From: Patescibacteria group bacterium
GTDB taxonomy: Bacteria; Patescibacteriota; Minisyncoccia; UBA6257; 2-01-FULL-56-20
Direction: 5' to 3'
Assembly: GCA_038063055.1 (NCBI GenBank)
Contig: JBBTVY010000001.1
Span: 1-52,106, forward strand
DNA: 52,106 nt
Shown: one piece after another, positions 9,076-17,918 of the stretch
Position numbering within the stretch: the first letter of the stretch is position 1
Layout: each line of letters opens with the position of its first letter
Notes under the pieces: model-generated
What the model was told of the DNA's origin: nothing
Seen by the model: only the letters and a program-made list of their open reading frames with translations
The model's database searches: none
Translations under genes and position numbers: made by a program

Positions 9076-9570
9076 TCAGGGTTTCTTCGGCAATCTTTCT
9101 TCGAGAAACTTCCTTAAAAGCCAGGAACTTGATTGCACTTTACCTCCCTGGCCTATATTGAATATCATCTTGCAGCCTATAGACCGGCAAATTTCCACTT
9201 CAGGGATATTATCTTTGCTCCTATCGCCGCCATTGGCGAAAATATGCGGTTTTATTTCCAAAAGTTCGGCGCAAACGCTCATATCGGACGGATTTTTCGG
9301 ATGCTTCGTCAAAAAAACCCCGTCAACGCCATCAATCGCCTTGATGACTTCCCTGCGTTCGTCCTGGGGCATAAAAATAAATCCTTTCTTTTTTCTCAGC
9401 CAGTTATCATTGTTAAGGATAACAACAAGCTTGTCGCCAAATCTCTTCGCGTTTTGAAAAAGACGAATGTGGCCGACGTGAATCGGGTCAAAGCCGCCGC
9501 TAACGGCAACAATCACTTTCCCGTTTTTCTTTTTAGCCCGAATCTTTTGTTTTGTTTTGTTTTTTGGCAT
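9076..9570 (-). CDS. Cytidylyl/adenylyltransferase (TagD / RfaE domain II-like)
   Basis: SGGFDPIHVGH (HxGH), NGGDR, KVQSSS. Confidence 0.85.
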   Translation of the reverse strand: MPKNKTKQKIRAKKKNGKVIVAVSGGFDPIHVGHIRLFQNAKRFGDKLVVILNNDNWLRKKKGFIFMPQDERREVIKAIDGVDGVFLTKHPKNPSDMSVCAELLEIKPHIFANGGDRSKDNIPEVEICRSIGCKMIFNIGQGGKVQSSSWLLRKFLEERLPKKP

Positions 9571-9694
9571 GGCGTTTAGGCAAAAAAAGTGCTATTTATA
9601 ATAAGAAAGTATAATCGAATATGCCCAAATATATCAACCCCCACACCATAACAAGAATAGAAGTATAAAAATGCAATGGGGCACAACATTTTTT

Positions 9695-9796
9695 CATTTG
9701 GTTGCCTACTCCGCCGAAGCAACCGTTTCGGCTGCGAAGGCCGGGCGCTCGCCGCAAATCCCGCCTTGGCGGGACTTGCGGACTCGCTGCCAAATG
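9695..9796. repeat. Composite cluster of nested GC-rich palindromes in a divergent intergenic region
   Basis: Outer CATTTGG..CCAAATG. Inside are GCCGAAGC..TTTCGGC and CCGCAA..TTGCGG, the latter enclosing TCCCGCC-TT-GGCGGGA (9759-9774). Confidence 0.7.
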
Positions 9797-9826
9797 TAAA
9801 CTCAAAAAATCCGTAAAGAAAAGTAT

Positions 9827-11335
9827 ATGGGATTTATAAAAACAAGAATTAAAAACGGATTCTCGTTTGGTGCGGGGATTAAGAATCTGCTTTTTGAAAA
9901 CCTGACCGATAAGCAGACTTTCGCCAAAAACGCTTTCTGGCTCGCGGTCAGCAATATCGGAGGTCGGCTAATCCGCGCCGCCATAATAATTTACGCGGCG
10001 CGCGTCCTCGGAGCGGCCGGATGGGGTGTTTTTTCCTATGGCATTACCTTGGTCGCTTTTCTCACGATATTCGTGGACTTTGGCATCGACTCGATTCTCA
10101 CGAAGGAAAGCGCCAAAGCAAAGGGAGATTTTCTCAGGCAAAGCCGGATAATTTCCACCTCTTTATTCATTAAATTATTCCTGCTGGTCATAGGATTTTT
10201 TGTAGTCGTGTTTATAGCTCCCGAATTCGCCATTTTGCCGGGCGTCAAACAGCTTCTTAATCTGATGGCCGCAATCCTCGTGTTCGACACGCTCCGCAAT
10301 TTCGGCTTTTCCCTGATAAGGTCTCGCGAAAAAATGGAGTTCGAGGCCGGGTTATACCTTTTCACCAACCTGGCAATAGTCGCATTCGGATTTGCGGCGC
10401 TTTATATCAAGCCAACGGCCATGTCGTTTACCCTGGCCTATGCCGTCGGAACCGCGTTCGGTCTGATGGCTACCCTTTACGTTCTTCGGAAAGACGCAAG
10501 CTCGGCCCTCTCCAACTTTTCTTGGCCGTTGGTTAAAGAAATTATGTCTTCCGCCTGGCCGTTCGGCGTTTCGGGCGCGCTCAGTCTTCTGATGTTAAAT
10601 ACGGACATCATAATAATCGGATGGTTTCGTTCGGCGGAAGAAGTAGGTTTTTATTCCGCTTCCGTCAGAATCGTGCAACTCCTTTACATTTTCGGCGGCG
10701 TTGTTGCCTCGAGTTCGTTGCCGATATTTTCACGTTTTGTGAAAGAAGAACGGGAACGCCTGAAGGCGGCTCTGAAAAAAATACTGAAGCTGGTGTTCGC
10801 GTTTTCACTGCCGGTGTCTTTCTGCGGCATAGCGGCCGGCGGCGCCATGATAGATTTCATTTTCGGCGAAGAATACATTCCGGCAATATTGTCTTTCCGC
10901 ATCCTTCTTTTAACACTCGCGTTAAGTTTTTCCGCGTTCGTACTGAGCAACGCGGTTTTCGTCTACGACAGGCAAAAAAACCTGATAGTTTACTCCGCCA
11001 TCGGAGGATTTTTGAACGTGGGATTGGACCTTATTCTTATTCCAAAATTCGGTATAAACGGTTCGGCGCTCGCCACAATCTTTTCGCAAATAGCCGCCGA
11101 TTTGTATCTTTGGTTTATAGCCCGGCGGATAATCGGGTTTGATTTGAATCTCGGGATAGGAAAAATATTCTGGACAGCTCTTGGTTCGTCGATTTTTCTT
11201 TACGTACTCATTAAATATGGCATTCACATATTAGTGGCTATTCCGGCAGCCGGAGTTTTTTATCTTCTGGCGCTTTATCTCCTGAAAGAATCTCTTTTCA
11301 AAGAAATAAAATCTATCCTGCAAGCCTCCTCTTAA
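9827..11335 (+). CDS. Wzx-type polysaccharide flippase
   Basis: About 14 TMs. KNAFWL, ARVLG..WGVFSY, TDIIIIGWF, VGFYSA. Confidence 0.92.
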   Translation: MGFIKTRIKNGFSFGAGIKNLLFENLTDKQTFAKNAFWLAVSNIGGRLIRAAIIIYAARVLGAAGWGVFSYGITLVAFLTIFVDFGIDSILTKESAKAKGDFLRQSRIISTSLFIKLFLLVIGFFVVVFIAPEFAILPGVKQLLNLMAAILVFDTLRNFGFSLIRSREKMEFEAGLYLFTNLAIVAFGFAALYIKPTAMSFTLAYAVGTAFGLMATLYVLRKDASSALSNFSWPLVKEIMSSAWPFGVSGALSLLMLNTDIIIIGWFRSAEEVGFYSASVRIVQLLYIFGGVVASSSLPIFSRFVKEERERLKAALKKILKLVFAFSLPVSFCGIAAGGAMIDFIFGEEYIPAILSFRILLLTLALSFSAFVLSNAVFVYDRQKNLIVYSAIGGFLNVGLDLILIPKFGINGSALATIFSQIAADLYLWFIARRIIGFDLNLGIGKIFWTALGSSIFLYVLIKYGIHILVAIPAAGVFYLLALYLLKESLFKEIKSILQASS

Positions 11336-12206
11336 CCCTGGCCAAAGTCGGATGTATTGCTTTTCTGATTGTTTCTGGAATGAACGCGTAAAGATACTGC
11401 AGATAATTCAGAGCAAGCGCCGCTAAATAATTGGGATATTTTCCCTTATAGCGCCTCATTATCGTAAGCGACGCCTTGAGATGGGGTCTCGCTTTTTTTA
11501 TCGAAGTATTGTCGTTCGCCAGAAGATAATATGAAAAATATTCCGGGAAATTGTACAGCTTTCCAACAAGCCCCATTTTGAGCCAGAAATCGCGGTCTCC
11601 GGAATATCTTGTCGATTCGTCATACCAGCCGACCTTCTCGCCGGCGCTCCTGCGGAACATAGTAGTGCTGTTGGCGAGCGGATTTCCGAAAAGCATTTTT
11701 TTTCTGATGGCTTCGTCGGTTTCCGGCTTGAGATACCTGTAAACTTCTTTGCCGTTGCCATCAACAACAATCATCCCTCCGCCGCAGCCGGCGTAGTCGG
11801 GATTTTTGTCCAAAAAATTTACTTGCTTCGAAAGTTTGTCTGCGTCGCACCACGGGTCGTCGTCATCGAGCATGGCTACGTATTCCCCTTTCGCCAGTCG
11901 CAAGCCTCGGTTGTAGTTTTTAGAAATTCCCTGATTAACATCACTTCTCGTGTAAACGATTCGCGGCTTGCCCTGCCCGTCCCGAGCCGCGTCGAGGGAA
12001 GCTTTGTCGAAGGGTTCTTTCTTAAGCCACTTTGCGACAACTTCCGGCGTGTTATCCGTCGAGCCGTCATCGGCGATTATAAGTTCCCAGTCCTCTTGCG
12101 GTGAGCCGGGTCGAACCGTGAATGTCTGCTTTAGCACGCTCTCTATGGCGGAATCAATTAATCCCGCGCGGTTGTATGTGGCCATCAATATGGATACTTT
12201 TGGCAT
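11313..12206 (-). CDS. GT2 glycosyltransferase carrying three in-frame 24-nt insertions
   Basis: SILMATYNR, DDGSTD, LDDDD. Removing the inserts restores LKQTFKDWELII and WLKKEPRIVY. Confidence 0.92.
   Translation of the reverse strand: MPKVSILMATYNRAGLIDSAIESVLKQTFTVRPGSPQEDWELIIADDGSTDNTPEVVAKWLKKEPFDKASLDAARDGQGKPRIVYTRSDVNQGISKNYNRGLRLAKGEYVAMLDDDDPWCDADKLSKQVNFLDKNPDYAGCGGGMIVVDGNGKEVYRYLKPETDEAIRKKMLFGNPLANSTTMFRRSAGEKVGWYDESTRYSGDRDFWLKMGLVGKLYNFPEYFSYYLLANDNTSIKKARPHLKASLTIMRRYKGKYPNYLAALALNYLQYLYAFIPETIRKAIHPTLARVKRRLAG
11967..12014. mobile_element. Two nested 24-nt palindromic elements inserted in frame
   Basis: Outer CTTGCCCTG|AGCTTTGTCGAAGGG is split by inner CCCGTCCCGAGCCGCGTCGAGGGA (11976-11999). 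Together they add 16 aa. Confidence 0.8.
12095..12118. mobile_element. 24-nt palindromic element inserted in frame
   Basis: CTTGCGGTGAGCCGGGTCGAACCG, same consensus as the nested pair. Adds 8 aa. Confidence 0.8.
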
Positions 12207-12232
12207 GAATAGAGAATAATGAATTATGAATA
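12205..12232. repeat. Heptamer tandem array (ATGAATA-type, 4 units)
   Basis: atgaata gagaata atgaatt atgaata, abutting the GT2 start codon. Confidence 0.6.
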
Positions 12233-12287
12233 ATGTGACAAGGAAATTTCTTTGAGAAAGGCTACACCGCGCGTGCAGCCGCTTTTT

Positions 12288-12812
12288 TTAAATAATTTCC
12301 CTTGCCTCTTCCAAAGATTCTACTATGAAATCGGGGCTGCAATTTTTCAATTCCTCGCCATTATGTTCGTTTTTTAAAAATATTGTTTTGCAGCCGACTG
12401 TTTTTCCGGGCTTGGCGTCTTTGTCGCTATCCCCCAAGAAAAACGATTCTGAAAAATCTATTTCGAAATCTTTTTCCGCTTTTAAAAGCATGCCTGGTTT
12501 CGGTTTTCGGCAATCGCAATTATCTTCGTTTCGGTGCGGACAATAGTAAATTGCGTCCAATTTCATATCAAGCAATTCGTTCATCTTGTTGTTGATTGAA
12601 ATTACTTCTTCTTCGCTAACCATGCCCCTCGAAATCTGGGGTTGATTTGTAACAACAATGACAAAATATCCTTTGTTTTTAGCTTCGTCTATTAATCCTC
12701 TTATGCCAGGAAAAAGCTTGAATTCTTCCCAGCGCGTCAAATACTGGCCGCGCGGCAAGGCTTCGCAAATTACGCCGTCCCTATCGAGAAATAATGCTTT
12801 TTTGTTCTTCAT
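12288..12812 (-). CDS. gmhB: D,D-heptose 1,7-bisphosphate phosphatase (HAD IIIA)
   Basis: LFLDRDGV, VTNQP, CPH..CDCRKPKPGM, GDSDKD. Start taken at MKNKK. Confidence 0.9.
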   Translation of the reverse strand: MKNKKALFLDRDGVICEALPRGQYLTRWEEFKLFPGIRGLIDEAKNKGYFVIVVTNQPQISRGMVSEEEVISINNKMNELLDMKLDAIYYCPHRNEDNCDCRKPKPGMLLKAEKDFEIDFSESFFLGDSDKDAKPGKTVGCKTIFLKNEHNGEELKNCSPDFIVESLEEAREII

Positions 12813-13530
12813 ACCATTTTTGGGCATACTCATATTTTTCCGGAGTTCCTATGTCTAAAATTTTTTCGTCTGTTGGAAATCCGTATACCGCCTCTCCGTT
12901 TTTTACCAATCCGGGGAAAATATCTATATCCAGCCTTGATTTGCCCTCCGGAATGAATTCAATTATTTTTTTTGAAAGTACATAAATACCGGCGTTTAAA
13001 AATGTGTTTTTGGCAAAATTTTTAAAATCGTGCGGCCGTTGATGCCAACCTACTATTTTTAAAGTTTTAAAGTCAATCTCGGCCAAATCTCCGTTTTGCG
13101 GTTCGTCGGAACGTTTCAAAACAACAGTAGCCAAAGCTTTTCTGTTTTTGTGCAGCTCGATTAAAGGCCTGATATCCAAAGAAAAAACCTGGTCGCCATA
13201 TATAAGAACAAAATCTTCCGTCAGCAAATTCTCCGCTTTTTTTATGGCGCCGGCGGTTTCCAGGAGTTTTTTTGATTCATCGCTGTATTCTATGGAAACG
13301 CCAAGTTTTTCTCCATTGCCGAAATAATCGGTAATTTTCTCCGGGAAATAATGGATATTAAAAACGAAGTTTTTAAAACCCTGCGATCTCAAAAGATTTA
13401 TGATGTTTTCTAATAGAGGTTTTCCGCCGATAGGAAGCATTACTTTAGGCAAATTTTTTCCCAAATTTCCCAATCTAGTCCCCAATCCAGCAGTCAAAAT
13501 AAAAACCTTGTAATTTGATAAATCAACCAT
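12781..13530 (-). CDS. hddC: Heptose-1-phosphate guanylyltransferase (nucleotidyltransferase)
   Basis: LTAGLGTRL..PKVM, LETAGA, DIGTPE. Context between gmhA and gmhB. Confidence 0.75.
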   Translation of the reverse strand: MVDLSNYKVFILTAGLGTRLGNLGKNLPKVMLPIGGKPLLENIINLLRSQGFKNFVFNIHYFPEKITDYFGNGEKLGVSIEYSDESKKLLETAGAIKKAENLLTEDFVLIYGDQVFSLDIRPLIELHKNRKALATVVLKRSDEPQNGDLAEIDFKTLKIVGWHQRPHDFKNFAKNTFLNAGIYVLSKKIIEFIPEGKSRLDIDIFPGLVKNGEAVYGFPTDEKILDIGTPEKYEYAQKWYEEQKSIISR

Positions 13531-13534
13531 TACC

Positions 13535-14134
13535 TTACTTCCCTTTTTCCACCAGATGGTCGAAATAGTTCTTGAAATACTTCGTCATCAGGTGCATTAC
13601 CGTGTCGTGGGTGCTCTCGACAATTTCATATTCGCCCTTCGGAGTCGGAACCAGTATTTTCACGTCGGCGAGCTGGTTTAGTTTTCCACCGTCGAATCCG
13701 GAAAGACCGATGACGGGAACTTTGTGTTTTTTTGCGACTTCAACCGCCTTAATAATGTTCGCCGAGTTACCCGAGCTTGAAATTGCTATGACCACGTCGG
13801 AATCTTCCAAAACGTTATCGAGCGGTCCGGCAAAAACCATATCGTAACCGATGTCATTCGCCCAGGCCGTAAGTTCTTCTTCCGTCGCGGGAATGCGGCT
13901 GACCCTGAAACGCTTGCTGTGTTCGCTAAGGTGATGGCTGAAAACGGTTTTATTGAAATCAGTTACCCAATGCCCCGCGATCGCCCATGAACCGCCGTTG
14001 CCGAAAATATAGATGCGGCCGTCGCGCTCGTAAGCGCCCTGCAAAATATTCAACGCCTTGGCAATCTCATCATGAGGCAGATTTTCTATAGCCGTTATCG
14101 ATTTTTGCGAGAATTCGTTTATAAAGTCCCTCAT
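13535..14134 (-). CDS. gmhA: Sedoheptulose-7-phosphate isomerase (SIS)
   Basis: GNGGS, TAWANDIGY, AISSSGNS, VESTH. Confidence 0.9.
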   Translation of the reverse strand: MRDFINEFSQKSITAIENLPHDEIAKALNILQGAYERDGRIYIFGNGGSWAIAGHWVTDFNKTVFSHHLSEHSKRFRVSRIPATEEELTAWANDIGYDMVFAGPLDNVLEDSDVVIAISSSGNSANIIKAVEVAKKHKVPVIGLSGFDGGKLNQLADVKILVPTPKGEYEIVESTHDTVMHLMTKYFKNYFDHLVEKGK

Positions 14135-15159
14135 TATATTGAAACTTTATTTTTGAACTCGTCGCCGTTAAAAAGTATTTCAACGCCGGATTGGACGAAT
14201 TTTACGGGAATTTCCTGAAATTCTGACAGATTTTTGTCTTTTGCGATTTCTTTAACTGCTTCACGGATGGCAGATTTTTTATCTTCAGGAGCAAGAAACA
14301 TTATGCAGCCGCCGCCGCCGGCTCCCAAAACCTTGCCGCCCCAGGCTCCGGCGTTCATTCCCGCGTTGTAAAACTCGTCTATAGTAGAGTTGGAAACATT
14401 GGAGGCCAAACTTTTTTTCTTGAGCCAGCCCTCGTGGAGCATCCCTCCAAGCTCTTCAAAATCTCCTGAAAGAAGCTTTTTTTTGAATTCGTCCACGGAA
14501 CCGGCCATTTCCTTGAGCGTATCGAATTTCTTGTCTATGTTTGCTTTCTGTTCGGTCAAAACGCTTGAAGCCGCTCTGGTCAATCCCATAAAGAAAAGAA
14601 GAAGATTATTTTCGAGACCGAGTCGCTTTTTGTAATCCCAAAGAACCGGCTCGACGTTCACGCTCTCGTCGGGATTGAACTGGATGACGTTCAATCCACC
14701 CAAAGCCGATGCGTACTGGTCCTGCTTGCCAATTGGTTCGCCGATAAGCTCTATTTCGAGACGCGACGCCGCTTCGGCCGCTTCGTGTTTGTCGATTTTT
14801 TTCCCGACAAAAGCATTTAGTCCTTTCATTAAAGCCACCGAGAAACTCGAAGAAGAACCGAGTCCGGTTTTTGCCGGCAAGCTGGCGAAAGAACCTATTT
14901 CTATTCCCTTTCCTATCCCCATGTCCAAAAGCGCCGCCTTTATGCGTGTGTGCTGAAGGTCGTCCGGCTTGTCCACTGTTTCCGAAATGGAATAACGCGC
15001 CGACACCTTCGGAATAAGAGGCGTTCTATTTATGGCGACGTAAACGAATTTGTCTATCGCCGTAGAAATCACGCGACCCGGGTGCCTGCGGTAAAAATCC
15101 GGCAGGTCGGTCCCGCCGCCCAAAAAACTTATGCGAAGTGGTGCGCGAACTACTATCAT
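14134..15159 (-). CDS. hddA: D-glycero-alpha-D-manno-heptose-7-phosphate kinase (GHMP)
   Basis: APLRISFLGGGTD, GLGSSS, GKQDQY, GAGGGG. Confidence 0.9.
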   Translation of the reverse strand: MIVVRAPLRISFLGGGTDLPDFYRRHPGRVISTAIDKFVYVAINRTPLIPKVSARYSISETVDKPDDLQHTRIKAALLDMGIGKGIEIGSFASLPAKTGLGSSSSFSVALMKGLNAFVGKKIDKHEAAEAASRLEIELIGEPIGKQDQYASALGGLNVIQFNPDESVNVEPVLWDYKKRLGLENNLLLFFMGLTRAASSVLTEQKANIDKKFDTLKEMAGSVDEFKKKLLSGDFEELGGMLHEGWLKKKSLASNVSNSTIDEFYNAGMNAGAWGGKVLGAGGGGCIMFLAPEDKKSAIREAVKEIAKDKNLSEFQEIPVKFVQSGVEILFNGDEFKNKVSI

Positions 15160-15168
15160 AGTAAGAAA

Positions 15169-15197
15169 ATACTAAAACAATTTGACGATAGTGTCAA
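15169..15197 (-). promoter_or_regulatory. Sigma70 promoter of the hddA-gmhA-hddC-gmhB operon
   Basis: TTGACA (15197-15192), 17 bp, TAGTAT (15174-15169), about 10 bp before the ATG. The -35 lies within the palindrome TTTGAC..GTCAAA. Confidence 0.6.
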
Positions 15198-15348
15198 AAG
15201 TAGAAATTGGCCGGAATGTTATTTTTTTAACTGCTTTTGGACAATAAATTTTTCTTGTACCACATGAGAAATGTCTTTTAGCCACGCTTCCAATATATGC
15301 CAAATTGCGGTAGGATGCTGCAAAGAAAGATTATCTGGCACCCTCCAA

Positions 15349-16809
15349 ATGTTCGGTAAAATAAAAAGTTTATTCTTGGAAAACAGAACTTTGCGTCAAA
15401 CTGTTTTCAAAAACGCTTTTTGGCTGAGCGTCGGAAATTTCGGGAGTCGTTTCATTCACGCCGCCATTATTATTTACGCCGCCCGCATCCTTGGGGCAAG
15501 TGAATATGGCGTCTTCTCGTACGCTTTAGGCCTAGCTTCTTTCTTTGTCATTTTTTCGGATATCGGCATTTCCCAACTTCTAACTCGAGAAGTTGCAAAA
15601 CATCCGGATAAAGCACGGGCTTATATTTCCACCTCGTTTGCCATTAAAATTTTCTTCCTCGCCAGCGTTATCATTCTAATGCTGCTCATAGCGCCGCACT
15701 TTTCCAAAATACCGGAAGCCAAAACGCTTATTCCTATCATAGCTATGCTTTTGATTTTTGACGGATTGAGAAATTTCGGTTTTGCCATAACACGAGCCCA
15801 AAATCGAATGGAACTTGAGACGCTTTTTACCGTTTTAACCGATATTTCCATCACTACTATTAGTTTTTTTGTGCTCTTTGCAAATCCTTCCGCCGAACGA
15901 CTTGCTTGGGGCTATGCGGCGGGAAGCGGACTAGGGCTAGTGATGCTCGGTTTAGCGCTAAGAAATTGGTTCAAGAATTTAGCGGCTGATTTTGATAAAA
16001 AATTAGTGATTCCGATTATTTCTTCGGCCTGGCCGCTTGCCATTGTCGGTTTATTTAGTATTTTTACGATTGACATCGACACTATCATTATCGGCTGGTT
16101 TCTCAATGCTTCGGATTTGGGACTATACGGCGTCGCTCAGCGGCCGGTACAATTAATCTATGCGCTCCCCGCTCTTCTTGCAACCAGCCTCTTCCCCATT
16201 TTAAGCAAATTAATTCACAGCAAAGAAGTTGAACGAGTGCGCGCAATCAATGAACGTTCCTTTGCTATTTCTTTCGGCCTTGCCATTCCTTTGACGTTCG
16301 GCGGGATTGTTTTGGGAAAACAAATAATCTACGCACTTTTCGGAGCGGAATATCTCGGCGCCGTTCTTACATTCCAGCTTCTTCTATTCACTGTTATTCT
16401 GGTTTCCCCGGAAATACTTTTGGGGAACTTATTCTTTGCCTATGGATTTCGCAAAATATTTATTGTTGCTGCGGCGCTGGGGGCGGTAACAAACGTAGTT
16501 TTTGACTTTTTGTTTATTCCCCGTTACGGCATCGCCGGTTCCGTAGTTGCCACCATCCTCGCTCATATCGCCATCTTATGCTGTTATTGGTTTAAAATGC
16601 GGCAAATTCACAGTTTTAAAATTATTTTCCGCCTCTCGCGAATTATTCCGGCTTCACTTTTGATGATAGTGCTCACTTCCATTCTCAGCCGGTGGGGAAT
16701 TAATGTTTTTTTGAATATCGGCATCTCGGCAACAACATACTTTTTCTTTCTTTATCTTTTTAAAGAACCACTGATTTCGGAAGTGAAAAAAGTTTGGAAA
16801 GCCGCCTAG
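15349..16809 (+). CDS. Wzx-type polysaccharide flippase (paralog of 9827)
   Basis: KNAFWL, ARILGASEYGVFSY, many TMs. Start taken at MFGKIK. Confidence 0.92.
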   Translation: MFGKIKSLFLENRTLRQTVFKNAFWLSVGNFGSRFIHAAIIIYAARILGASEYGVFSYALGLASFFVIFSDIGISQLLTREVAKHPDKARAYISTSFAIKIFFLASVIILMLLIAPHFSKIPEAKTLIPIIAMLLIFDGLRNFGFAITRAQNRMELETLFTVLTDISITTISFFVLFANPSAERLAWGYAAGSGLGLVMLGLALRNWFKNLAADFDKKLVIPIISSAWPLAIVGLFSIFTIDIDTIIIGWFLNASDLGLYGVAQRPVQLIYALPALLATSLFPILSKLIHSKEVERVRAINERSFAISFGLAIPLTFGGIVLGKQIIYALFGAEYLGAVLTFQLLLFTVILVSPEILLGNLFFAYGFRKIFIVAAALGAVTNVVFDFLFIPRYGIAGSVVATILAHIAILCCYWFKMRQIHSFKIIFRLSRIIPASLLMIVLTSILSRWGINVFLNIGISATTYFFFLYLFKEPLISEVKKVWKAA

Positions 16810-16823
16810 CGCCGTTTTCGCCA

Positions 16824-17906
16824 TTACTTTCTCTTTCCGCCAGTCAGAATTTTTTGGAAAATTTCCGAAAACCTTTTCTCCCAAGTGTGGTCGCGAATAG
16901 TCCTCTTGTGCCCCGCTTTCGCAATGCGCCCTCTCTCTTCATCGTGGTCCAAATAATATTTTATCTTTTCCGCCAATTCTTTTTTGGTGTTGAATACCAC
17001 AATTTCTTTGTCGTATTCATAGTAATTGTACAAATCCTCGGCAGCTTGAGTTATTAAAAATCCGCCACAGGCTGGAATCTCAAAATTACGGCCTTTTATT
17101 TGGGGCTTAGCGACGGGAAAATTAAAATTGATTACGTTCCTTAAAATAATTGATGGCGGAAAAAAATGGAAAGTGTTGTTAATCCCGCGGCGCATAAATA
17201 CTTTGGCTATTGTTTTAACAATGGTTTTAATGTCTTTGGCCGACGTGCTTACTTCGGCAAAATTCAAGTTTACTTTGCTGTTCGCAAAAATTTCCACCAT
17301 TTTTTCCTGACTTGCGCGGCCATTGGGCCAACCCTGACCCCAACAATCGACGGGAATGCCCTCCCGGGAAAGAAAATCAGCCATTTCTCGCCGATTGCCG
17401 TGCGGCCGTCCCACAAAGGTAACTCCGTACTTTTCTCCTGGAACTGGGTGATAAATTGCCGGATTGGCAGCCCAAGCGGATTTAATGACGTTGCGATAAC
17501 CGATTTTTCCATATTTTGGCAAGGCTTCTCGGTCAGTAGTAACCACCCAGTCAAAAAACGGCGCCCAATATCTGGAAAAATTTTCAAAACGCCATTGGTC
17601 ATCGGAAAACCAATTGACAGTAATAGTGTTGGTTTGGGTGGTAATGGCTTTAATGGTTTGCGGAGTAATTTCGTTGGTAAATAAATTGCAGAACACAATA
17701 TCCGGTTTTTCTTCTTTAACCATCATGAACAATTTATTGTTCATTTCTTTTTTGCCGACTTGCATCATCATTTCATCCACCGCAAAGTAAATGGCGTTCG
17801 CGCCGTACATTCTTGAAATGGAATCCCAAAAATTGACATGTTCGTAGGAATAACCTCGCCGGACATCGGCGTAATCATATTTAAATGCCGCGTATAGAAT
17901 TTTCAT
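16824..17906 (-). CDS. CgeB-like glycosyltransferase (Glyco_trans_1_2)
   Basis: WFSDDQWRF, KGRNFEIPACGGFL, HTWEKR. Paralog of 34290. Confidence 0.85.
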   Translation of the reverse strand: MKILYAAFKYDYADVRRGYSYEHVNFWDSISRMYGANAIYFAVDEMMMQVGKKEMNNKLFMMVKEEKPDIVFCNLFTNEITPQTIKAITTQTNTITVNWFSDDQWRFENFSRYWAPFFDWVVTTDREALPKYGKIGYRNVIKSAWAANPAIYHPVPGEKYGVTFVGRPHGNRREMADFLSREGIPVDCWGQGWPNGRASQEKMVEIFANSKVNLNFAEVSTSAKDIKTIVKTIAKVFMRRGINNTFHFFPPSIILRNVINFNFPVAKPQIKGRNFEIPACGGFLITQAAEDLYNYYEYDKEIVVFNTKKELAEKIKYYLDHDEERGRIAKAGHKRTIRDHTWEKRFSEIFQKILTGGKRK

Positions 17907-17918
17907 CTATTCTTTGTC

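Noticed and set aside
9596-9805. 69-aa ORF
   Set aside because: It is a translation of the nested palindrome cluster.
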